From contig MU006095.1 in assembly GCA_010093705.1 (NCBI GenBank), positions 1 to 64,000 on the forward strand: a stretch of 64,000 nt of DNA, given 5' to 3'. Position 1 is the first letter of the stretch, and the number at the start of each line of letters is the position of its first letter. Position numbers and translations under genes: made by a program. The notes beneath the pieces are model-generated. The model was not told the DNA's origin. It searched no databases and worked only from the letters and a program-made list of their open reading frames with translations. Shown here in pieces: positions 37,460-50,282 of the stretch. This stretch comes from Patellaria atrata CBS 101060 (Eukaryota).

Positions 37460-39419
37460 ATGCAAATCAGAGACGGAAATTTGGACATACGGGCCATGAG
37501 TCGACAAGTGGTACTGCCTTCTAATTCATATTCTTATCTACCAAGCTCCCTTCACGAGCATTCCCTTGCTTCGTTGTCCTACAGGACACCTCAACAGCAG
37601 CAGCTTACGCTACGCTCACCGGAGCTTCCCGCGTCCATAAACTTCGCAACTTCACAAACTCACCATCCTTCACCCAATAATTCCGGCATGGGTTACGTAC
37701 AATCCGAGGAAGAGCTCGCCGAGCTGGAGAAGCTCTCGAACGAGTATCGGCCTGTTGCAACCGTATGTCTATAATTTCGCAGACTTCCAAAACGTCCAGC
37801 TCCAATGTTTGCTAACCTGCTCAGGGTCCTCTTGTCGGTGAAAGACAACCTAGCAACAACATCACCGCTGAATATGCCAATGCCGATCCAGTATATCGCG
37901 CGAAGACTGCTGTAAAACTCGCCGATGTACCTTTATTCTCTCGATTTTGTCGTCACTGACTCGAGCACAGGCTCTACCGCAAAAGTACTCTCACTATCGT
38001 ACATGCAGAGGCGATGGACACTGTGGTTGGCGAGGTAAGCAGCTGACATGCAGACCTGCAGCCCGGAGTAGTACAAGGCTCGTTACTAAACTGCTTGCTC
38101 AGCTATCGCCTTTGGCTATTTCGAAAACCTTGCCCGCGTGGGAGATGCACTCAAGTTCCAGGAGGAGGAAACTAGACTTCGGTCCATGGGGAACATATTG
38201 AACGCTGTGGGATTTGACGAAGAGCTTTACGAAGATTTCGCCGGCGACACATATGACCTCCTTCGCAAGATAGCCGCCACCATCGGTACTTCTGATGATG
38301 GCACCGTTCTATTCAGCAGTTTCAACGATGAGCCGTTGTCCCTTAGTATCATCACGTACTTGAAGGTAAGTCCTGGGTGAATGTGCACGAGCGGTCATCA
38401 CGATCTCCCTTCTCAACTCGGAACCTTTTTCTCACTATCATACTAGTTGCTCACAAGTGCCTGGATGCAAACCCGCCCAGATGAATACCAACCCTTCCTC
38501 TTGGGTGATGATATCAGGGAGTATTGTTCACGTAATATTGAGCCTGCTGTTTGCGAGATTGACCACGTCGGAGTCAGTGTTCTTGCTGATGTGCTCCTAA
38601 AGCCTGCTGGATTTGCTCTGGAGATCCTCTACCTCGATCGAAGTCCTGGTACAGAGGTTACTCCCCATTGCATGGATCCTCTCGATGTCAATGGCATCCC
38701 ATTCCAAAACCCTCCAACTATTCGGTTATTGTACCGTCCGTAAGTAGGAGTCGGTATCAAGGAATATCAAGCCATAAGCTGACGGTTCGTTAGTGGGCAT
38801 TACGATCTCCTCTACAAACTTGAGGAAGTTCTGGCCATACCCTCCCATTCACTTGGCACGTCGGTGTACCTAGCTCACGACGCCGAGGATTACACACCAA
38901 TATCGAGGTATGAAGATGTGCTGTCGGTTATCCCAGGCATGTCACTAGCTGCATCTGCATCTAACCCCATGGGATGGAATTATGGGGCTCTACCTCTCGA
39001 CTACAACTCTACTCCAATCTCAGCAGCACCAATTGCAACCGACCCCAGTTATCAGTCTGTGCACATGCCGAACCCGGTCCATGACTTCCCCTCGCACCAT
39101 CTTGCAATGGAGCAACCCGTGAATGTGGTCAGTTCGACCATTCCCATAGATCGTCCTGGTCCGTTTCGGCCTTCGGCATGGGAACTAAAGACCGATTTTT
39201 CAAACCTGAACCAGGCCATTCCCTTCCAGACATCTATCTTTCGCAAGTAAGTATCAATCCAACCCAGTTGACTTCTATGACTGATATTAACATCTCGAAA
39301 GCTCTCACTACAATACAGCACATTTCTTGAACCCTGACTTCCAACCGGAGGAGTGGTCACCGGACAGCGAATATGTGACAACGAACAACAAGCAGCGTAG
39401 CAAGTCCAGTTCGCAGTGA
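37460..39419 (+). CDS. Otubain-like deubiquitinase (peptidase C65), multi-exon; start codon uncertain (37460 or 37688)
   Basis: YRTCRGDGHCGWR/AIAFGYFE, EIDHVGV, LEILYLDRS, LLYRP/GHYDLLY; ends SHYNTAHFLNPDFQPEEWSPD. Confidence 0.9.
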
Positions 39420-40851
39420 CTGTCAACTCGTTCACAATAGCTCCAACGATCATCTCCCGGATGGTCGACTTTGTGCTTTTCAGCGAAAGGCGTTTACAAT
39501 CCACTCTGGGCAGGCATTCTATGCACTGCCATGTTCATGACTATACGATAGCAACGAAACTTTCCCCTTCCACCCACATACTTTATTCGAAAACAAGCCT
39601 GCCACAGCGCTACTCTGAATACCGCTGCGGTTTCACGATCAATGACGACCATCTAAGACACATTGCCTCAGGGTTACGCAACTAGACACTCGCATCGATA
39701 TTATATTGGTACTCAAGCCGACCTTCCGCTTACCTTAATTGTTTGAATACTTTCCTCCCGGCCGACTGCTTTTCCATTTTCCTTCTCCGCAATTCCCCCC
39801 TGCTCAAGTTACACTTCTCACATATCTAGCAGTTGGTACCATCGCTCCATAGCCTTATCTATTTCGGTTTCATACATTTGGAATAGCGTCTATAAGCGAG
39901 TTATTCCCAGCAGAGAGGAACATGCGGGAATGAGTTATAACCAGAATAAGAAAAGACGAGAAAAAAAAAACCCATCAAAGTTACCATCAACTAGTGCGGT
40001 ATATCAGGCTTGAAATGAGCAGAAATCCTATAGCAACCATCCGCTTGTAGAAATATTGGACAGATCACATTCAAGGCTTTAGGGGATATTGCTTAGTTTC
40101 TCTGTCTTTTGCGCCCATCGTTGCGGTAGCATATACCTTACAGACTGTATCTAAGTTGCTTTTCTTAACACTTCTCATTTGTTGGTTAGTTAAAGACGCC
40201 GACGCTGAGAGGTGCATAGGAATAGCCGAAATAGTATCAATACTCAACCAATACACTTTGACTCCTGTGATGTCCAATAATGAATGAAGAACCCGCATTT
40301 GATATTCAGCCACCATGTTTAACGCTTATTGCTTTTGTTACTGACCTTTCTAGAAACGAACAACATTGGTCGGTTTTACCTCCGTTTCCAATAAACCATA
40401 TGTACTCATCGATCGATCATCACACAACGCACACACATTGCAAATCGATCTCGATAACAGGCTCTTCCGGATCTCGGATGGGTAGTCAACCATGTAGTTC
40501 TAGCCTTCTCGCATACCTAAGAACCAATCACAGGGAACAATGACCAATGGGATCAGATCGGCGGTCAACTCGTTTATCTAGACGCCACATACCCGCTACT
40601 AGGGGTGTCAGTATCGAATCGGGCTTAGATGTCGACGAGTATCTCTAGACTTTCAAAAGCCATAACCCTTATGACCCTTCCTAACTCATGTCAACCTGTC
40701 ATCGCCATCGTCCCAGCGTCGCATCCCATCAACTCAAGACGCCATACATCCGCCCCTTCGCTCCAGCCGACTCCCCGAAACCTTATCCCCATCCCCCAAA
40801 CCTAGATCTGGTACTCCCCTTATCCTCCTTTATCCCTCAATCTCCCTCTTG

Positions 40852-42661
40852 CTAATAGCAACCTCCTCCCGTACCTTCGGTAACACTCTCATCCGTATAC
40901 AACCTCGTCAACCCCTGTCCCTGTCCCTGTCCCTTACCCGTACTCCCCATCCCCGTCGCCGGTCCATCCCTACTGCTGACCCGATCCCTCTCGCTCCTTA
41001 CGGCCCGCGCCTCTTGCATGATCCATACGCCGCTACTCGTCCCTATCCTCTCCGCGCCCGCTTCGACCATCTTAATGACGTCCCAGACACCCTTAAGACC
41101 GCCAGAGGCCTTGACCTTGGTCCTCCTGCGCTCGGTGGTCGAAGCCGCGTACGTACCCCCTCCTTCGTTTCCCCCTCCCGCGTTGCGGGCGTGGAGCTCG
41201 CACACGGCGCGCATGAGTCTCACGTCGTCGATCGTGGCGCCGCGGCCGTTGAAGCCGGTCGAGGTCTTGACGAAGTCGAAGTGCGCGGCCGTGCAGAGGA
41301 GGGTGCCGGCCACGATTGCCGGGGGAGGGAGTTGGGAGGTCTCGAGGATAAGCTTCAGGGTTGCGGTTGCACAGAGGTTGCGGAGGGTTGCGAGCTCGAT
41401 GTAGATCTCGTTGTAGGCGCCGGAGAGGAGCTTGGGATAGTTGATTACGATGTCTAGCTCGGTTGCGCCGGAGGAGATGGCTGCAAGCGCTTCACTGGAG
41501 GAGGGGAGACGTTAGTATGGTGTTATGGTGGGTTTGAGGGAAAAGAAGGGGTGAACTCGTGACTAGGGTATGGGACCGAAGTGAGACCAGGAACTTGAAA
41601 TTCGGGGCTATGGGGTAAGGTCTCGAGTCTCGGGTCTCGGGATCTGGGGATAAGGCCTAGAGTCTAGGAAATAGGGACTAGGAAAGAAAGGGAAAGAGAG
41701 TAGGGGAGCAGGGTTAGGTTAAAGGTGTGATATGGTGACGTAGATCGAAAAGGGGCGGTGAAGTAGTGTGGTCTCGGAGATGAACGGACATCAAGAGACA
41801 TCAGAGAGAGAGAGAGAGAGAATCAAAGCGAATAGGATGTTCTTAGGAAAGTTGATTCCATGAAAGATGCGACTCACTTGCTCTTCTCGTTAATGTCGTA
41901 TGTCCCCTCGTGGAAGCCTATGACACACGCCACCACTACCCCGGAACCTTTAAGATTCTCGACGCAACGCTCGACGTAGTTCTGGCGGACGCATACGCTC
42001 TGATAAGCAGGGAAATTAGTGATCTGGTTATGTTGCATTGCCACCAAATCCCGGGAGCCCGGTACGAGGTTCTGATCTTGTCGAAGTGCTTAGATGTGGG
42101 GGATATGTATGGTAACCCGATGGATTACCACGCATATCACACCGTATGAGGAGGTGATTGAGCATTGCATTTCATAATCCTTTTTTTCTTTTTCCGAGTA
42201 GAACGAAAAAGTGAAACTAGACTCTCCTCCGAACTGGCAGATGCTCATACGTTAAACGACTGGGGCTAACTAACGAATGTCCTTCAGGAAAGCTGAGACG
42301 ACAATGGGAGAGGAAGAAGATTAAAGTAAATGGAGTGGCCAGTTTCTAAAATTTTGGAGAAATGAAGCATAAAATGAAACGAACTCTATACTCTACATAT
42401 CAAAATAAAAAGCTCCCACATTACTCCCCCATAGAACTACTCATGGAGACTCACCATAAATCCCTCCCTCCTCGCCTCATCGCAAAGTCCATCAATCTGC
42501 GCCGGCGTGGCATCCAACTTCAGCAGCGTATGATCGATCAACTTTGCAAAGTCCCCTGACTCGAGGGGCGGAACAGGATACGGCGTCGTCGCTACCTTGA
42601 CGGCTTTCTCGGTTTCCCGAATGAGTGCCACCCATTCGGGATCGGTGTAGCGAACTGTCAT
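40852..42661 (-). CDS. Deoxyribose-phosphate aldolase, 3 exons
   Basis: LIDHTLLKLDAT, SVCV, VIGFHEG, GATELDIVIN, LKLILET, DFVKTSTGF, VKASGG, GAERIGTSSG; introns 42000-42454 and 41495-41877. Confidence 0.93.
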
Positions 42662-42872
42662 TGCTCTAACTGGCGTGTGGGAAGTCGCTACCAAAAATGT
42701 ATCTATGACCAGAAAGTTTTTATTCGATCTGGAAGGATTTTCTTTTCTCTTTCTTTTATTTTATTACCTAAGAACTTGCAGATTCGCCGTGTTTTTTTGT
42801 CCTTAGAAAGCTACAGAAGCAGAATAATAGCTACCCCTCGTACCTTTATACGAGCTCATACTCCACCTCAGG

Positions 42873-43558
42873 ATGTTCCGCTCCGTAGTCCTACGCCGGT
42901 CTGTGCAGCTAGACTACTCGCACCTTAAGCTCGCCTACCTCGAACATCAACTTACACACCTGCCCTTGCAGCTATCCGTTCCTTTCACCAGTCAACACCA
43001 GCTCGGAATAAGTAAATATGGGACGCCGACTCTTCGTCTCGAGACCGCATGTCCGCCCTTGCGACTGAGGTGGAAGTCCTAAAGGAACAGTTAAGGACGT
43101 CGTCCAGAGACGTTGAGCACGCCAAGTGCAGCCAGTTCGCCGAGTTGGGAGTAGACTCCCAAAAAGAGACCTTGGATTGGTTGAGTATAGGGAGTTGGTG
43201 AAAGGGGAACGTGAAAGGTACGAGTCTATCCTCAAATCGCGGAAGGAATCCGAGGATAGCTCCTCAGCTGCGATGACAGTCGTAAGTGTTTGCTTTTCCC
43301 GTGATCATGAGTACTGTACATCTCGTCTCTAATAGATTTTAGTCTCTCGTGTTGCTTGCTATTGTTGCTGGGTTCGTTGGATAGGTTTCTTATACAGATG
43401 TCTGGAAAATTTCACGAGAACGACCCCTCGACGAAAGGATCGAGAAACAATTGGTTCGAACCATGGTATTAGAAAAAGTACGCATCGAGACTGAGATCAG
43501 AGAACGCTTCAGCGAACATTACCAGAAAATGCCTCGACCTCAGATGGAAATACCTTAG
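42873..43558 (+). pseudogene. Possible small degenerate gene
   Basis: R/S-rich presequence-like start, a GT-AG intron near 43282-43335 and a coding-like tail (...EKVRIETEIRERF...), but the frames do not join cleanly. Confidence 0.3.
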
Positions 43559-45100
43559 TGCTCACTCACAACATAGACCACTCTTCATTAACCGTCACGT
43601 ATTACTCTCACCTCCAACAACTGTAGCCCCAGGAAACATTTGTATGATTGACCGTTAAACGCTGGGATAAGTCGTCCGCTGACCACGCGTATTGTATGTT
43701 GTCCCCAGTGCTGAAATCACTACATTCTAGAGGTATAACGTCCAGTTACCTACCGTATCTCTCCACTTTATTGGACAATTTTCAACTCACTACGCTTTTA
43801 TGATTACGAATCGAAAGCACTCAACTCATTATACCCTTATGGCCCGAATAAAATCTCTCAGCTCACTATTTCAAATGCTATGAATAAAACACGATGGGCC
43901 CAGCTTTAAGGAACTCATCTCCACGGATACACTAATGAGTCAACTTCGATGTTACGCTATTGCGTGTGGGTGACTCGATTTGATCTCATGTCTACGGACT
44001 CTTGGGATATTTACATACTGTAGCTCTACCACCCAAATATCAGGTAGATTACACGTCATAGTACGCTTTCATCAAGTCTACCTAGAATAGCTTAGCACAT
44101 CGAACGAGAGTATCTCTCATGTCAGCTTCCTCCCAAGATCCTCCCACTCTTCACCGAGCCCTCGATCAATGTGATCCTTGATAATCACACATAGAACAAG
44201 AACACCAATTCACTTTCCTCTTACTGAAGACTCTCAGCTCAGCTCAGCTCTATAGCTCCATATTCCCCCATTTCCCTCCCAAATCAGAAGCAAGCAACCA
44301 ACGAACCAACCCCCTTTTCGCAGACTCATACTAGCCATACTCCTTACCTACGACTGCATTCACCTCACCCTTTATCACAATTGGCCCATTAATTCCTCTG
44401 TAGGACCATTAATGGAGAACAACGCTTCTGCAACTGTACTCAGATATGTATGGTGTAAGTATATGGGCATGGCATTTGATGGGTCTTGTAGGCTCTGATT
44501 CGTTCCGTATATTCGAATTTTATCTTATGTTCCAGGTTTCTTTTTGGAGAGGGGGGTTGAAGTGTAAGTAAGACTTGAGCAATATAGGAAGGAAACATAG
44601 TTCTCCCCGTTATATAGTGCCGCTTGGAGTTGAAAGGCACTCCCATTTCTAGAGTCAATGAGGCGCTGTTGGAGTTAAGTGAGTCGAAACTGAAAAAGCA
44701 AGAGTTCGGGTCATCATGAACACTGACGATTGATTTTATTTCTTCCTATGCATACGACTCCAAAATGCAAGTAGGTTCCTCGATGCTACAAAGACTCCTC
44801 GCTTCATGAGCACAAGGTCATCAGAGCGCGTACAAATGCCGCCATCTCCCCTCCACATGCATCTATCCCTTGAAAAGCCGAGACGGAAATACACGCACAC
44901 AACATATCACTAAAGAAAAAACCTGCAACTCCGAAGAATTTTTGAAATTGCATCTGATGATATCCCGTCTACTATCCACATACAATCATCCCGCTCATAT
45001 GAACCGTCGGTGCCCAGTGTCACCCAACCCTGAACATGACTTAATGACGCTCCCCATTTTCAGATCCCCAATATCCACGACAATTCATTGAATTCGGTAT

Positions 45101-45690
45101 CTACTTTCTCCTGAACGAGCAGCCCTCTGTGAGTCTAGCTTTGCCACCAGTCGGCTGGCAGAGCACCTGCGAGCAGCCCTGGCAGACGACGACGGTCTGT
45201 GCGTGCGAGAAGACAGTGGTGATGGTGAAGCAGCCGGGGCACTTGACATCCATGAAGAAGGAGCGGGGTGCGGGAACGAGGGTCTAGTTACAAAAAGGCG
45301 TCAGCAATCATTCTACTCTTTCACACCTTCTCCCGATATTCTAGACTGTACTCTCTATGCTTTCATCCCCGCGATTCCTGCTCTCCGGATCGAGGTGGAA
45401 GAAGCGGATTTCGGAAATGGGCAACTTGGGGAATGAAGCACGGGGAAATGTACCTTGAGCTTATGCTTCCTGGCCTCTGCTTGAGGGGTAGGGTTGAGGA
45501 GATCGACTGCGAGAACCTATCGACCGTGACACATTAGCATTCCTATTCTATCCAAAGCCTCATCAATCCCCTTCAAGGCATCATCCGACTCTCCACCGGA
45601 AAGCATCGATATCACTCAACACCCTTATGCGGAGGTATTCTGATTCTCGCCACCCGATACCACACTGCAAGCTTAGGATATTCTCACCAT
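45101..45690 (-). CDS. RPS27: 40S ribosomal protein S27 (eS27), 3 exons; first coding exon is ATG only
   Basis: [82 protein letters not shown]. Confidence 0.96.
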
Positions 45691-46347
45691 ATTGACTGGC
45701 CTGGCTTTTGCAACTGAATTGTCCGCGGAGGTATTATTTGTCGACTATTCGATGAGCCTGGAAAATTGTAGGTACAGCGGAGGATATAGTTGTCGATAGT
45801 TGATGATGCTGAAGAGGTCGAAATGGAACTTGTGGTTTCGGTGGAGGAGTTCGGCTAATGTCTTGGCGCGATATATTTTCTTACGCTTGCCACCTGTTAA
45901 CTCATCCTCTCCCGTTATAGCTGGACGATACTTTACGGTTCCGTATATTGAAAGGAAGCACACGACTCTTTGGTATGTCGTGTATGAATAGTGATTTACA
46001 AGCCCAGAAGGAGCGCTGCAAAATTGACGTCAAGGGTAGTACGTCCGGACCAGAAAACCTTCAATATGGTGTCCGATGACCATCAAGTAAATCGTGATAT
46101 TTACAGGGTATTGTCGTAAAACTATGGATCTGAAAGAGAATATTACTACTACATCGGACCCAAGCGCCTCCTCCTAATGTCGTACAGTAGTTTCAGAATG
46201 AACAAGGACCATCAAATCCCATTTTGCCTCCAACCGTCACTAACACCAAGCAAGCCTAAGGAAACATACCCTTTCCAGCCGTCGATACAGGCTCTCTTCG
46301 TGGTAGGATAGATGCTGACTACCCCAATTGAACCCATAAGATTAGTC

Positions 46348-47619
46348 TCATTTCTCCCAATTATCGAACCTCACACTCGGCGTCCTCTGTAACGGTAGCG
46401 ACGGCTCTGAAGAACTTCCCGGTACTGAGCCCGAATCCGCTGGCTCAATCGATACCTCGACCCTTGTCTCCATCTTCACCTCTCCTAGACCCGTCGGGTG
46501 AACCATCGTGTCCATACTGCCATCCGGACTTGCCGATCGTAATGAGATACTGTCTGCCCGATGAAATTGCCTTCTACTTTCATGGGCTACGCCACCTGTG
46601 ATGGTGACCGTTCTGTTGACTGTGCCGCCTTTGTCGAATGTGGTGATCTCCCATCCACTTTGGTTTGGGTTTGCCGATCTTGAGTTGGACTTGTTTCCGG
46701 TGATGTCTCCAGATAGTAGGACACGTCTGGTCAGTGTGTAGAGTAGAGTATCGAGCCAACCGCAAGAGGTGATCATGCAACCTGCGACTACAAAATAGAC
46801 ATCAGGAAGGTTTTTCCCGCTCATGGAAGCCATACGACCCGCGGCAAGGGGTAGTGTCAACACGACGTAAATAATAGGATAGACTACCATGTACCGTGCT
46901 GCTTGGGTGACCTTCCGGTGTGTCTTGGACTGATCAGCGGTCAAAATGTTCGATAGTTGTTTCCGAAGATAGAAGAACACGATGCCATATATAATAATGG
47001 TACCGAACTCGATGAGGAAGATCCAGATATAGTGCAGCCATAGCCGCTCTTTCTCGTAGTCTTGAGACGCCCAACACCACATCCCTGCTCTTGTGAAGTA
47101 CTTCTTGTGGACGGCGGGACCGATGATGGTGAGGAGTAATGCAAAACCCCAGCACAACAGAATTGAGCCCACGAAGATGCCGTACGGGATCTTGCGCCCT
47201 TGAATAACTGATACCCAGGTATGGAGAGCTATAGCAAGGACAAAAAATCCGCTAGCTACGTCTCCTATTTGGATCAGCCAACCTTGAGCGAAGCAAGCAC
47301 TACTAGGAGCCACGATCCTTCCTTCTCTCATCCAGTGAAAACTTATCAAGAAAGACGCTGATTGCTGCAAGTCGGCAAGTAGGAGGTTATAGATCAGCAC
47401 CACATATTGGTTGTAGCCAACGTATGTTCTGTAGTGCTTCCGCCACGAGATCATCCGATACGTGATCCATCCCAGTAGACATGATGTTGATATCGTCGAG
47501 AGAAGTCCGAAAAGACCCAGCGGAATAAGTCCTCTCTTTATATGTGACGGTAATGGATCCAGGCTATATGGATATGGATAGTATGTTGGTTCGGGAGATG
47601 CACGTTCTAAGATATCCAT
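46348..47619 (-). CDS. Git3/Gpr1-like 7-TM G-protein-coupled receptor
   Basis: Seven hydrophobic segments; NLLLADLQQS, CFAQGW, IALHT, GMWCW, MVVYPIIY..LTLPLA..R, GWLDTLLY.LTR. Confidence 0.88.
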   Translation of the reverse strand: MDILERASPEPTYYPYPYSLDPLPSHIKRGLIPLGLFGLLSTISTSCLLGWITYRMISWRKHYRTYVGYNQYVVLIYNLLLADLQQSASFLISFHWMREGRIVAPSSACFAQGWLIQIGDVASGFFVLAIALHTWVSVIQGRKIPYGIFVGSILLCWGFALLLTIIGPAVHKKYFTRAGMWCWASQDYEKERLWLHYIWIFLIEFGTIIIYGIVFFYLRKQLSNILTADQSKTHRKVTQAARYMVVYPIIYVVLTLPLAAGRMASMSGKNLPDVYFVVAGCMITSCGWLDTLLYTLTRRVLLSGDITGNKSNSRSANPNQSGWEITTFDKGGTVNRTVTITGGVAHESRRQFHRADSISLRSASPDGSMDTMVHPTGLGEVKMETRVEVSIEPADSGSVPGSSSEPSLPLQRTPSVRFDNWEK

Positions 47620-50282
47620 GGTGAGAGTAGACGGTTACGCAAAGCATAAATAAACAAAAGGTCAAAAAATGGTCATCGGTCAAGACTTCGCCTGGATTAA
47701 GTGTGAGGGAAATCAATCAATAACAGAAGGACCGATTCCAAACACTAAGTGAACGTTGAGTGGAAGGACTGGAAAATGTATACATGTAAGAAAGGTGTCA
47801 ACTCCCTAGAAGGATGTTCAGGAACGCGTATAGGAAATTTGTGGGGGAATAGCCCGACTTTTCATCACATAAGACGGGCATTTCAAGGTACCCAGCTGCT
47901 GTCTCATCCCAAGAATGCCAAAAAAGGGCAAGAAAACTATGATCTCGGCGAGACCATAGGAAGAATGACTTACTGCAGGAAAGGGTAACACCCTCTCGTA
48001 AGCATATCGAGGGGTTGGATGTGATCGTCACCAGCTTCCCATGCATAGGTAGGGATTCTTTCCTTGGGTGGACGAGCTTGGGTCATGCTCTTCGCTGACA
48101 TGCTTGGGTTTGGGAAATAGAAACGGTAAGGAAGGAGTGAAATTCAGTAGATGGTGTCGACGGTGATAATAATCGACGTATAAGCTATGCCGTTTGAAGG
48201 GTGAAGCACATGGGGGCTGCTAGATCGAGTTGACTTTACCGGGTTATGGCCTGAAAATTGGCTCTTATGCATCAAGTTGGCATCCACGTGCTGAGAGCGA
48301 GAAGATGGCGTAGAAGGCTATGAAATGCGTGGGAAATGATGGAATTGCAAGTACTCGCTCCAATAATAACGTTACCGTTGCGCAAACTGGCAGTTCGGAA
48401 CAAGCCTTTTTTCTCTCATTTATCTTGCATACTTAGATGGCCAAGAGTATGGGGATATCTATCCAAGACGCCATCTTTCAGTAGCATTATTATCGACTTT
48501 GCGGAGGCGGGGCAGCTAGTAAAGCATAGCGCATCGAACTATTGAACTTCGAGTCGTGGGGAGTTGACAGTTTGACATGAGAGATGGCGTCCTGCTGCGT
48601 GTAAAGTCAGAGCTGATAAGTGATAACAAGTGACCACCTTCCTGCAAGTAGGATAAAGATAGTGCTGGCTGTGCTAATGGTAAAGCAAGTTAGAACTCAA
48701 CATATCTCCCACCGCTCGTGATTGTATCCTTATAGACAGCCACCAGATGCACAGTCAGAACGCCATTCTATCTGGTTGGAGTAAACTGACGAGCTCGCTT
48801 CGACGGTAAGTTATGTAGGCGCAAGGCTGTTCCAGCTTTCATCTGTGAGTATAACGAGGGATCCCTTTCAAATCCCTCTTGTGAGAGGCGACCTGATGGA
48901 AGGAGCCGTTACCGGTGATCCATGCTCAGTAGGATTTAACGGCACTGCTAAGGCGTCAACTACTCGTGAGATTGATAAAACAGGCTGAAGTAGTAGAATT
49001 AGAGTTTCTCGCTCGAGAAAAGGTCCCGCTTGGCGTTGGTTGGCGGTATCTGCAGTGTTGAAGACAAGACGGGAAAAGATGTGACGTATCTGAGGAATTT
49101 GACATGAATAATGTGAGCCGGAAATGAAATAAAAAGTATCAAGGTAAAAAGGAATAGAAGAGATCAGATTAGTGAATTACAGGAAGTCAGAAACACTTGC
49201 GACGATAGCGTATTCGATCGATAATGCGCAGTTGATATCTTCTTGAAGGCCTTTTTTTCAGGAACTGAATAATCGCTGCTCAAGAAACGGCCTTCCAGTC
49301 CCAATCGAGCAAAATCTCCTAGCGATTCAAACTTTTCTTGGTAATTCGTCCGTTGTGTCAAAGCTCAAGAGTCGAACTCGACGGGAAGAAAGTCGAAACC
49401 GCACCAAAAAATTGGAATGACCGAATTGGAAGACGATCACACATTCATCTATTTATCCCAAATCCCGGTCCACAAGTACCGGGTAACGACCTCCAGACCG
49501 ATGGACTACCTGACTACTTCTGCATGGTCTCTTCAGGTTCAGAAATTCAGGAGAACTTGCAGGCATCTTGGGAATCTTGCGCACATCTTGTCTGCAAGTG
49601 GTATACTTCATCACATATATCTGTAGGAGGTGAGAATAGAGCACACAGAAAGACCTGCAGATGACGCAGCCTGAAACAATATTTTCACTGTAGTGCGCTG
49701 AAAGTGAGCTGACTGAGGCGCCCTTGAGGCGATTTACTGTACAGTTAATCGATGTCTCTTTTGAATAGTGGTTATGATTCAGGACATCGTTTCAAACTTT
49801 CAAGTACCGGTAGGCCCAGTCGGTACAGTACAGTTATTATTGACCAAACGCCTATCGCCTGTGTTCGGCAGCGAGAGGGAAAGAGCAGCGGCGAGTAATT
49901 CAACCTGCTGGCCAGTGCATCAGATCTGTCAGAAACTGTCAAAGCTGCATACCTCCGTATTCTGCAGCTCTTTGCTTCAAGGCATGCAACATTGTCAAGG
50001 TACCTAACGTTACGCGGCAGTTGTACAGTATAATACCTCTATAAACCGTTCGGCTATTAATAATAGTGAACTTGAGGGTATGGTGACTGCTGAGCAGCGC
50101 TTGTAGCAAAGTATGCGTAGAAGTAGATGCATAGTACAGGAAATCGTGGTAATGTGTAGACAGGCATCACTGTAGTACGCATTCGTCTTACATTGAGTGT
50201 AAATAGTAGTCCAGAAAGAAAAAGGGTATACCATATACACCACCGAAACACCACCCAGTCATTCAACAAAAGAGATATCCTT

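Noticed and set aside
44400..44760. Tiny spliced ORF or C/D snoRNA
   Set aside because: Isolated splice-like and ATGATGA motifs without a matched box D, terminal stem or recognisable product.
47620..50280. Short ORFs upstream of the GPCR
   Set aside because: No homology or coding signal; consistent with a long regulatory intergenic region.
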